Assembly: GCA_047611865.1 (NCBI GenBank)
Contig: JBLFWS010000076.1
Coordinates: forward strand, 1 to 14,831
From: Chlamydiales bacterium
GTDB lineage: Bacteria > Chlamydiota > Chlamydiia > Chlamydiales > JBDQID01
Direction of reading: 5' to 3'
DNA: 14,831 nt
Shown here: positions 7,886 to 14,831 of the stretch, in pieces
Layout: each line of letters opens with the position of its first letter
Numbering within the stretch: position 1 is the first letter of the stretch
The notes under the pieces: generated by a model
The model's input: only the letters and a program-made list of their open reading frames with translations
Database searches by the model: none
Told to the model about the DNA's origin: nothing
Program-made: the position numbers and the translations under genes

Positions 7886-8593
7886 TTAGTGATAAGTTCT
7901 CTCAAACTTCGAATTTAACCACGCTAAACTTTCTCCTTTCGAAAAAGTTTTCCCTTTTGAAGAAGCCTTGCCTTTAGAAGATTCCTTAGTTTTCGAAAAT
8001 CTCTTCTTTCTAGATCCTACTACACTCCATCCTGCCTCGCTTAGATCTTCCTCATCCCTCGAGGAACCCTGTACATCATCAGAATGAGCTCTTTCACGAG
8101 TGTCCAGATCTAAAGGCACATGGGGTAATGTAGGCTTGTTTACATCCTCAAGAGTTTTACTTCTATTTCGCCTTCTTAAGTTCTGCGTATCCACCATAGC
8201 ATTCCTCTTTGAAGCAAGAGTATTTTCTAATCCTACAGATGAAGGCGAAAAAGCTACAGGAGCCTCAGGAGACAGATCAAACTTCTTCAATCTTAAAAGC
8301 TCTAGTTTTTTCGATGGTTTTTTAGTATCTACTCCTGAAGAAGAAGGCTCGAAAGCTAATCGCACCTTAGGAGCTCCATCGAACTTCTTCACCCTTAAAA
8401 GCTCCAGCTCTGTCGATGGCTCTTCAATAGCTATTTTGTTTGAAGAATTAAAAATATTTTGGAAATAAGAAAAAATACCTACAACGCACCCAGTAATATT
8501 TCCGCAAGGAAAAGGCTGGCCAACTCTAGGTTTATCAAATTTAGAATTGTCAAAAACTCCTGGCTGACGAGTCATATCTAGTGGTGTAGTCAT
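7886..8593 (-). CDS. Hypothetical Ser/Lys-rich, probably disordered protein with internal repeats (candidate secreted effector)
   Basis: 235-aa ORF with an in-frame 34-aa tandem duplication, four SK(G/T)(K/E)xx hexapeptides, basic clusters RRRNR and RKKR, and no signal peptide. Confidence 0.75.
   Translation of the reverse strand: MTTPLDMTRQPGVFDNSKFDKPRVGQPFPCGNITGCVVGIFSYFQNIFNSSNKIAIEEPSTELELLRVKKFDGAPKVRLAFEPSSSGVDTKKPSKKLELLRLKKFDLSPEAPVAFSPSSVGLENTLASKRNAMVDTQNLRRRNRSKTLEDVNKPTLPHVPLDLDTRERAHSDDVQGSSRDEEDLSEAGWSVVGSRKKRFSKTKESSKGKASSKGKTFSKGESLAWLNSKFERTYH
8225..8428 (-). repeat. 102-bp (34-aa) intragenic tandem duplication
   Basis: IEEPSTELELLRVKKFDGAPKVRLAFEPSSSGVD vs TKKPSKKLELLRLKKFDLSPEAPVAFSPSSVGLE, 18/34 identical. 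DNA ACTTCTTCA..CTTAAAAGCTC recurs at 8281 and 8383. Confidence 0.85.
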
Positions 8594-8696
8594 GATACTA
8601 TATCAACAAAATAAAGGTGAATACAGTTGAAATATAGTATTACACCAACTATTTAATTGTAAATAATTTAAATGACTACACCTATACTACACTTAT

Positions 8697-10064
8697 TTAT
8701 TCCGATGATTCTTGCTCTATTGGTTCTTTTTGCAACCAATGCTTAGGAATGACCAAGCCCTTGGGTAGAGCAGTCAGTTCATCACCGTGGGCCTTCTCAA
8801 TCATCTCTTGAGTTAAGCCAATAACTTCAACAAAACTTGCCCCTTCAATATTAGCTCCTTGAAAATTGACACTACTTACATTGGCTCCTCGGAACATCGT
8901 TTGTTGAAGTTGAGCATTCTGCAATGATGCCGCCTGTAATTGAGCTCCCTGAAGGTTGGAATTTTTGAGATCGGCGTCTCCAAGGTTTGCCCCTTGTAAA
9001 AGGGCTCCTTGGAAATTGGAATTCCAAATTTGAGCATTTTGTAGCTTCGCATAGCTCAAATTACTGTTTTGAAAATTCACCCCTTGAAGATTCGCATACT
9101 GTAAATCAGCGCCAGCCAAATTAGCGTTCTGGAGCTCCGCTCCTTGAGCCTCTGCATACTGCAGATTCGAAAACCACAAATCGGCATTATGTAACTTGGC
9201 ATACCAAAGACGGGAGTTTTGAAGTAATGCCATCCTTAGATCAGCATTGATTAAATCAGCACCTTCAAGATTCGCATATTGTAGATTTGCCTTTCTAGCA
9301 TGTACTCCACGAAGATTTGAATACTTAATATCCGCAAGGGCAAGGTATGAGTCTGACAAAATGGCTTTCTCCAAATTTGAGTACCTTAAGTCCAAAGGGC
9401 GGACCATAACATTGCGGTAGTTGAAGCTCAGATAGCACGAAATTACCATTCCTACTAGTACCAGCGTGTACAGAGGATAACGCATCATGTTACTCCGGTA
9501 TTTCCGCCTAATGGCCACCTTCATCACTGCTGCTGTAATAAAAGCTAGCACAATTAGTAAACGTGCTCCCCAAGTAACTAATCCCATGGCTTTCCATGCA
9601 AAAGCGAATATAACAATGGGGACAAGCATATATAGGCAAAAGCGCAGGATCCATTTTAAGGAAACCATAGGCGTGATAACCTGGCTAACTTGCATATTTA
9701 TTTGAGAGCTGCTCTCCTCTGGATTCTCTTTTTTCTGTTTATTAGCAAAAGAGAAGGCTTGTAACTCTTTTTGTCTTAATGCCAGCCATTGATCGAAAAA
9801 AGCCTGTAAAAAAAGCCATAGCATAAAAAGGATGGCAGGCCCAACAAACATGAAGACCTGGAAAGAGACGCTCCCACCAAAAAAAGGTACTATAAGAATA
9901 GCTCCCGAGCCTCCCAAAAGATTTTGGTCAGGAGTTCCCAAAACAATCAACAAACAAAACGCACTAAATGTAACAAGAGTACCCAGCAACCGATAGACTG
10001 TTTTGGAGGTATAATGGCAATGCAACTGAAAAGCCTTTTCTCCATTGTCATCTGAATGATTCAC
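8697..10064 (-). CDS. Membrane-anchored pentapeptide-repeat protein
   Basis: N-terminal half has about 5 TM segments. C-terminal half is A(N/D/Q)Lxx repeats (ANLQYANLEGADLINADLRMALLQ..ANLAGADLQYANLQG) ending in a LTQE..AHGD..TALP..P.HW cap. GTG start with GGAGGA SD at 10071-10076. Confidence 0.92.
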   Translation of the reverse strand: MNHSDDNGEKAFQLHCHYTSKTVYRLLGTLVTFSAFCLLIVLGTPDQNLLGGSGAILIVPFFGGSVSFQVFMFVGPAILFMLWLFLQAFFDQWLALRQKELQAFSFANKQKKENPEESSSQINMQVSQVITPMVSLKWILRFCLYMLVPIVIFAFAWKAMGLVTWGARLLIVLAFITAAVMKVAIRRKYRSNMMRYPLYTLVLVGMVISCYLSFNYRNVMVRPLDLRYSNLEKAILSDSYLALADIKYSNLRGVHARKANLQYANLEGADLINADLRMALLQNSRLWYAKLHNADLWFSNLQYAEAQGAELQNANLAGADLQYANLQGVNFQNSNLSYAKLQNAQIWNSNFQGALLQGANLGDADLKNSNLQGAQLQAASLQNAQLQQTMFRGANVSSVNFQGANIEGASFVEVIGLTQEMIEKAHGDELTALPKGLVIPKHWLQKEPIEQESSE

Positions 10065-10201
10065 TTTCTATCCTCCGCAATGTTTGGCCTCTAATCTTCA
10101 GACTTCACTCTCCCCTTAGGAGAGATCGCTCATCAAGATGTTTTAAAATAAAAAAATCGCACATTTCCTTTAAGGAGTCAAGCCGCTGGAGCAGGTGAAT
10201 C

Positions 10202-10372
10202 GTAGATTCAGCTTGCCAGCCGAACATCTAGTGACAAAAATCACTACATTTTCTTTAACTAAATCATACGTAAATGGGCTAAAATTTACTTAGAAATAGA
10301 GATATAAACTCCGGAATGAGCAAAAAGCCTCTATTTTGATCTCTTGCCGTTCGGCTAGACTATTGAATCCGC
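10202..10372. mobile_element. Degenerate MITE-like element (171 bp) with 40-bp imperfect terminal inverted repeats
   Basis: 10202-10241 GTAGATTCAGCTTGCCAGCCGAACATCTAGTGACAAAAAT vs the reverse complement of 10333-10372, GCGGATTCAATAGTCTAGCCGAACGGCAAGAGATCAAAAT: 26/40 identical without gaps, including GATTCA and AGCCGAAC. The interior is AT-rich and non-coding. Confidence 0.55.
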
Positions 10373-10515
10373 CCACTTTGTCGACGGTCAATTTCTTTAT
10401 GCAATCTTAATATTTTCTTTACGAAATCTATACACCTAACGCTTAAAAACCCAATTTACATACGAACTGGGCCTTACCCAGAAACACATGATTTAATTCC
10501 ACGCTCCTATCCCCT

Positions 10516-10547
10516 GATCCTGCCTCCTCATGAGGCAGGGTCTTTTT
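10516..10547 (+). terminator. Rho-independent terminator with no annotated upstream + strand gene
   Basis: 11-bp stem GATCCTGCCTC / GAGGCAGGGTC (one G-U pair), 5-nt loop CTCAT, followed by TTTTT. Confidence 0.75.
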
Positions 10548-10706
10548 CAACTCAAGTTTGCCTACTATCTTCATGTGCTATATATATATATCGAATTCAT
10601 TGATCTTAAACCACACCGATGTGCAATTTGTTCGCTAGGGATATGGGTAAGAGACAAAGATTGAAGTATTTAATGAGCGGCTCCATCAAAATCCAGGAGA
10701 CTATCG

Positions 10707-11000
10707 ATGCGACTTCTATCGCGATTCGGGCATATTATTTTTTCTATCGTACTTATATCGTACTCCGCTATGAGTACGATTATCTGGATCTTCCTTGAAC
10801 TCACTCCTCTTGCTATTCCCTTTGATATCTTAAATATCAACAGCCTCTTACTTTCACCTTGGATATCCTTGCTTTGCTTCTCGCTAGGAACTTTTAATTT
10901 AATACGAACTCTAATAGGTATTCTCAGAGATCTTAGAAATTCTTATATAAGACGAAGAAAGCTTAAGAAGGCCGCTTACGCCCTCAATTTGCCTCGATAA
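10707..11000 (+). CDS. Small membrane protein (97 aa, two hydrophobic segments, basic C-terminal tail)
   Basis: AGGAGA SD at 10695-10700. Hydrophobic IIFSIVLISYSAMSTIIWIFL and LLLSPWISLLCFSLGTFNLI segments, tail RRRKLKK. 17-bp convergent overlap with the next gene. Confidence 0.65.
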   Translation: MRLLSRFGHIIFSIVLISYSAMSTIIWIFLELTPLAIPFDILNINSLLLSPWISLLCFSLGTFNLIRTLIGILRDLRNSYIRRRKLKKAAYALNLPR

Positions 11001-11964
11001 GATAGACGATCTTGTCAAAATCCAAGAGGCCATGGAGTTCCACTTCAGCTTTAAGCAAAAACCTCTTAGCCTTATCTCGCTCTCCCTTTTGAAGAAGATC
11101 GTAGGTAAGATTTATGAAAAACATTCCTCTCATAATACGCAGAGATTTTGCTTCTAGCTCATTTCCTGGCTCCAATAGAATCAAATCTGTTAGGCTTCTA
11201 TGCGCTTCTTCAAAATGCCCTGTCTCTGCAACTTTCACAGCTTCTTGAAAATGGATTTCATGGCCAACGTTAACATTTGGAAGCTCTTGAACCTCTTCAA
11301 CTTCTGAATCAACTTGTTTCTTTTCTTCATTTTCTTTTGGGTCAACAATGCCTTGAGCTAGATGTCCTACAACCATCACATTTTCCAAGTCCTTTCCCAA
11401 AAACTTCGCTGAGGATTGAGGAAAAAGAATATCGGCTGATTCATAATAAAAGCTTTCTTGCCCCACGGATGAAATAATCACAAAGATATCAGGGTGATTT
11501 TCACAAAATTCCACAAATTTTTTACTCGGAAGTAGTGCCGCTTCAGTATCCAACCACACTCCTGAAGAGAGATAAACCATTGAGGCTCCGTTCTCATAGG
11601 CTACACTTAAACCTTGAAGGATTCGTACCTCATCAGTCTGTAAAGCTTGATCCAGAATTTTTATATTTAAGATTTCAACTTGACTAGGATCCATCCATTC
11701 GGAGGCTTCGAGAAATAGGTGTGTTACTACCGTTCCATGACCATTAACATCCTGAGATCCTTCTCCCGTCAAATCGAAAGAATAGATCGTATAATCTCTT
11801 AATTTACTGGAATGTGTATTAATTCCCGAGTCCAAAAAAGCTACAACTAATACCTCATCATCCCCCTCCTCCTGAGTAAAGGCAAATGGAGAGTAGAAGC
11901 TTGTCAGTGCACTAATCGCCAACAAACACAACGAAATCCTGTAAAGGAACGGTTTTATTATCAT
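10984..11964 (-). CDS. Exported S8 (subtilase)-like protein lacking the catalytic-Ser region, with a C-terminal TPR-like helical domain
   Basis: Signal peptide, VVAFLDSGIN (Asp, 11832-11830), DVNGHGTVV (His, 11739-11737), LNIKILD, GASMVYLSSG and NVMVVG. No GTSxAxP motif. GGAG SD 7 nt upstream of the ATG. Confidence 0.8.
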   Translation of the reverse strand: MIIKPFLYRISLCLLAISALTSFYSPFAFTQEEGDDEVLVVAFLDSGINTHSSKLRDYTIYSFDLTGEGSQDVNGHGTVVTHLFLEASEWMDPSQVEILNIKILDQALQTDEVRILQGLSVAYENGASMVYLSSGVWLDTEAALLPSKKFVEFCENHPDIFVIISSVGQESFYYESADILFPQSSAKFLGKDLENVMVVGHLAQGIVDPKENEEKKQVDSEVEEVQELPNVNVGHEIHFQEAVKVAETGHFEEAHRSLTDLILLEPGNELEAKSLRIMRGMFFINLTYDLLQKGERDKAKRFLLKAEVELHGLLDFDKIVYLIEAN

Positions 11965-12823
11965 AGCTTATCTCCGAACTAATTTCATATTTCCCTGCCT
12001 CATTGAAAGGGAGAGAAATCACCAAAGCTGTGTGACTTCCAGGCTCCATCTCTATATCGACTTTTACAAATTCACCATTAGTGTATGGAGCTAACGGATA
12101 CACGGCTTCATAGCCATGTGACTTCTTGAGTGACTCCAACGGAGGATACTTAAATGGCCGCGCAATGAGAATATCCTCCTCTCTAGCAATAGATTGCAGA
12201 TCTAGCTCTCCTAAGTCTTCCAAGGCCTTGAAAGTCACCATTTCTTCGTACTGGTTCTCCAATTCAAGCGTATGCTGTTCACAAAGTTGCTGCACCCTTT
12301 CTTTTGAAGGCTCGCTAGAAAAAATTAGCACTATTTTATCCAAGAGTCTTTCTGCTGTTAGCCGGTTTGCCCTCACACTTTCGTGCTTACGAACACCAAA
12401 AATCACTCCATCTAGCCAATACGCCTCTTTCATCGGGTTAGCCAAGTCAATACGTAAAATAAGAGGATGTAAGATTACGGGATACTTTATAGAATTCGGG
12501 TCTTCGACAAAAGTTGGAACTTCATCTCTAATTTTTACGTAAGCTTTTCCCGGGACGATTGAAAAACGTAACAGATCGATTTTACTTGGCCGTAAACTCA
12601 AGTGCCCCAAAACACTAGAAACAAAAATTACTGAAAAGAGAAAGATATATAAAGCTCTATTTGTAGAAAAAATCATGTAAAACACTGTCGCGAGAACCAA
12701 TGCTACTGCTCCCGCCATAAGAAAACGCTCTGGTGAAGAGTCTAAATTCAGCACAACCATGTAGGAAAAAATGGTAATGAAAAATGCCACTACGTTCCTG
12801 AAAATTAGAAATGCTGTGCTCAT
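11912..12823 (-). CDS. Membrane protein (3 N-terminal TM segments) with a soluble domain containing a subtilase-prodomain-like insert
   Basis: 303 aa with three hydrophobic segments in the first ~75 aa and an AAAGGA SD. Overlaps the S8-like gene by 53 bp. Internal segment DKIVLIFSSEPSKERVQQLCEQHTLEL..MVTFKA..LQSIAREEDILIARPFKY. Confidence 0.8.
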   Translation of the reverse strand: MSTAFLIFRNVVAFFITIFSYMVVLNLDSSPERFLMAGAVALVLATVFYMIFSTNRALYIFLFSVIFVSSVLGHLSLRPSKIDLLRFSIVPGKAYVKIRDEVPTFVEDPNSIKYPVILHPLILRIDLANPMKEAYWLDGVIFGVRKHESVRANRLTAERLLDKIVLIFSSEPSKERVQQLCEQHTLELENQYEEMVTFKALEDLGELDLQSIAREEDILIARPFKYPPLESLKKSHGYEAVYPLAPYTNGEFVKVDIEMEPGSHTALVISLPFNEAGKYEISSEISYDNKTVPLQDFVVFVGD

Positions 12824-13075
12824 AATCTTTTTCCTTTCGGATTACCTCTTGTCATAAATTCAAATTTACCTGTCTTTCAAATATTTTATCTATCGTTAAG
12901 AATTTCCCACTCACTACAAAAAACCTCAAGTGGAGGAGGGAATTTTCCGAAACTAATGATGAGTCATAAGGTAAAAAACAAGAGCTGCTAAATCCAGCGA
13001 GTAAAAATACAAGTATAAAAAGAGTGTAGAATACTCGAGGATTTAACTCACAAGCAACATCAAGGTGGTCAAAAA

Positions 13076-14831
13076 ATGAAAAAATCAATCCTATTTCTCA
13101 CCTTCTTAATGCTGCTATTTACCAATATAACAGAAATTTCGGCCAAGCCCAAAGGCTCTTCCCTTCTCATACTCGCCAGAGATAAATTTCCAGAGGCACG
13201 ATTTGGCAGTGCTGAAAAAAGACTTTTTAAAGCATTACAAGAAGGCAAGCCCGTAAGTTATGAAGATGACTTAAAAAGACCCGTTATCAAAGCAAACTTG
13301 ATCCAATGGCTTTGTACAAATAGAAAAGCAATACCCAAAATTACAGAATTCGGAATTTCCATCCGAGGAGCTCACATCCTTGGAGACTTAGATCTTCAAA
13401 CCGCTAACGTTCCTTTCCCCCTCAAGTTTGATAATTGTGTATTTGGCTCCGATACCCTTCCCGGGACTGTAGTACATCGTCCAAGAACCGTGTGGGGTCT
13501 GGCAATAGAAAAATTCCCGGAAGAGAAGTTCGGCAAAGCTGAAAAACTGATATTTGAAGCTATACGTCAGGGGAAATCTGTAAATTTTGATAAAGCCAAC
13601 CCAAAAAGAAAGGTTAATATCAAATCCGATTTACTCCAGTGGCTTTGTACTGACTCCGAAGTCCGGGAAAAAATCAAAAATAAAGGGATTTCCATTTCGG
13701 GAATGAACGTAACGGGAAATTTGGACTTAAAGAATGCTCACATTCCTTTCCCTCTACAATTTCATAACAGCAGCTTTACAAACATCAACTTACAGAGGTC
13801 CCATATTCTCAGCCTTGATATGAGAGGTTCTACTGTAAAATCCATTGATGGATGGAGGATGAATGTAAATCGTTCACTACTACTTTGCCTGGGATTCGAG
13901 GCTTCTGAAACCGTTCGATTAATGGAAGCACGAATCGGAGGACACCTGAACCTACATGGCGGCAAATTTAAAGATCTCGACATGAACAAAATGATCGTAA
14001 AATATAATGCCTACTTAAGAGAAGGATTTATAGCTTCTGGGAAGGTTAATCTCAACGGAGCAAAGATTGGAGGGCAATTAGATTGTGGAGGCGGCTCCTT
14101 CACAACTCTGGATATGCAAAAAGCCTCAATAGGCAAAAGTCTATTTCTGAACAATGGATTTGTAGCAAAAGACAATGTCTATCTCAACGGAGCCCATATT
14201 GGAATGCAGCTAGTTGCTGTCAAAGGCCATTTCCATAATTTATATATGCAGAAGATAAATGTCGGTGACATTGTCTTCCTCCGAGACGGTTTCGAAGCTA
14301 TTGGAGATGTCAACCTCGATGGTGCTTTGATTGCTGGACACCTCGACTGTAGAGATGGCAAATTCACCAATCTAGACATCAGTAAGTCAAAGATCAGCAA
14401 AAGTGTGTATCTAGGAAGTGGATTCGAAGCGACCAAAAAAGTCAATTTGAGTAATACAGATATTGGAGGATTCGTAGACTGTAGTAATGGCTCTTTTTCT
14501 AACTTAAACATGGAACAAGCCAAGATCAAAGATGCGGTTTTCCTCACAGATGGATTCCAATCCAGCAAAAAAGTAAACTTGATGAATGCGAAAATAGATG
14601 GCTCTCTAGATCTTCGTAATGGTTACTTTCGCTCTCTCAATATGGAAAAGATGACAGTGGGAGATGCCTTTATCATCAACAGTGCCTTTGAGGTCGACGG
14701 AGTCCTCAACCTGAAAAACGCTAAGGTCAACACACTAAAAGATGAAAAAGACAGCTGGGCAAAAGTTGACAATCTCAACTTGGAAGGTTTCGAATACAAT
14801 GCTATCCATGATAAAGGAAGCATGGGTGTCT
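13076..14831 (+). CDS. Exported beta-solenoid repeat protein, 3'-truncated (at least 585 aa), resembling the family often annotated 'membrane-associated oxidoreductase'
   Basis: Manual translation from the ATG at 13076 (AAGGTGG SD at 13062-13068) has no stop to the window end: MKKSILFLTFLMLLFTNITEISA-KPK..., two copies of an N-terminal domain, 44-aa repeats GFxAxxxVxLxxAxIGGxLxCxxGxF, then LNLKNAKVNTLKDEKDSW..LNLEGFEY. It is missing from the ORF track because it has no stop codon in the window. Confidence 0.9.
   Translation, partial: MKKSILFLTFLMLLFTNITEISAKPKGSSLLILARDKFPEARFGSAEKRLFKALQEGKPVSYEDDLKRPVIKANLIQWLCTNRKAIPKITEFGISIRGAHILGDLDLQTANVPFPLKFDNCVFGSDTLPGTVVHRPRTVWGLAIEKFPEEKFGKAEKLIFEAIRQGKSVNFDKANPKRKVNIKSDLLQWLCTDSEVREKIKNKGISISGMNVTGNLDLKNAHIPFPLQFHNSSFTNINLQRSHILSLDMRGSTVKSIDGWRMNVNRSLLLCLGFEASETVRLMEARIGGHLNLHGGKFKDLDMNKMIVKYNAYLREGFIASGKVNLNGAKIGGQLDCGGGSFTTLDMQKASIGKSLFLNNGFVAKDNVYLNGAHIGMQLVAVKGHFHNLYMQKINVGDIVFLRDGFEAIGDVNLDGALIAGHLDCRDGKFTNLDISKSKISKSVYLGSGFEATKKVNLSNTDIGGFVDCSNGSFSNLNMEQAKIKDAVFLTDGFQSSKKVNLMNAKIDGSLDLRNGYFRSLNMEKMTVGDAFIINSAFEVDGVLNLKNAKVNTLKDEKDSWAKVDNLNLEGFEYNAIHDKGSMGV
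13892..14683 (+). repeat. Six tandem 132-bp (44-aa) coding repeats
   Basis: G/A-F motif codons start at 13892, 14024, 14156, 14288, 14420, 14552 and 14684, an exact 132-nt period (GFEAS, GFIAS, GFVAK, GFEAI, GFEAT, GFQSS, AFEVD). Confidence 0.92.

Noticed and set aside
10467..10490. preQ1-like riboswitch (CTGGG...CCCAG followed by an A-rich tail)
   Set aside because: The 5-nt loop is too short for the aptamer and no queuosine-related gene follows.
10579..10591. (TA)n tract as a phase-variable microsatellite
   Set aside because: Only about six units in AT-rich DNA, with no evidence of length variation from a single sequence.
11912..11964. Frameshift splitting one subtilase gene into two ORFs
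   Set aside because: The downstream ORF has its own SD and signal peptide within the overlap, and the prodomain-like segment is about 180 nt upstream of that start, inside another domain. Two genes is the simpler reading.
312..12542. Other short nested or antisense ORFs in the track (e.g. 312-578, 651-851, 1176-1397, 1886-2143, 3880-4167, 5302-5577, 6769-7086, 8100-8468, 12126-12542)
   Set aside because: All lie within better-supported genes and have no recognisable motifs.
12852..13088. 78-aa minus-strand ORF
   Set aside because: Non-ATG start, overlaps the start of the 13076 gene on the opposite strand, and occupies an AT-rich divergent promoter region. Its Phe/Leu richness reflects A-tracts.
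13762..14823. Three minus-strand ORFs (13762-13989, 14179-14568, 14623-14823)
   Set aside because: Antisense shadows of the repeat-containing + strand gene.

Overview
AT-rich bacterial accessory region. Gene content (RHS protein with a DUF687-like C-terminus, its partner gene, orphan effector-like ORFs) suggests an environmental Chlamydiae lineage; this is an inference. Left to right: (1) the 3' part of an RHS/YD-repeat polymorphic toxin (open from the window edge to 1646) with an alpha/beta-hydrolase-like C-terminal domain and a coupled, exported putative immunity gene; (2) a cluster of short hairpin repeats; (3) a secreted hypothetical protein; (4) iolG, a FucP/GluP-family MFS sugar permease and a DUF547 protein; (5) a convergent nitrilase-family amidase; (6) two orphan ORFs, one effector-like with internal repeats; (7) a membrane pentapeptide-repeat protein; (8) a 640-bp intergenic region with a MITE-like 171-bp inverted-repeat element and an orphan terminator; (9) a small 2-TM protein; (10) a two-gene unit in which an S8-subtilase-like protein lacks its catalytic Ser region while the upstream membrane protein carries a subtilase-prodomain-like insert; (11) a long exported beta-solenoid protein from 13076 to the window end, absent from the ORF track, with a duplicated N-terminal domain and exact 44-aa repeats. 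No rRNA, tRNA, CRISPR array or transposase was seen.
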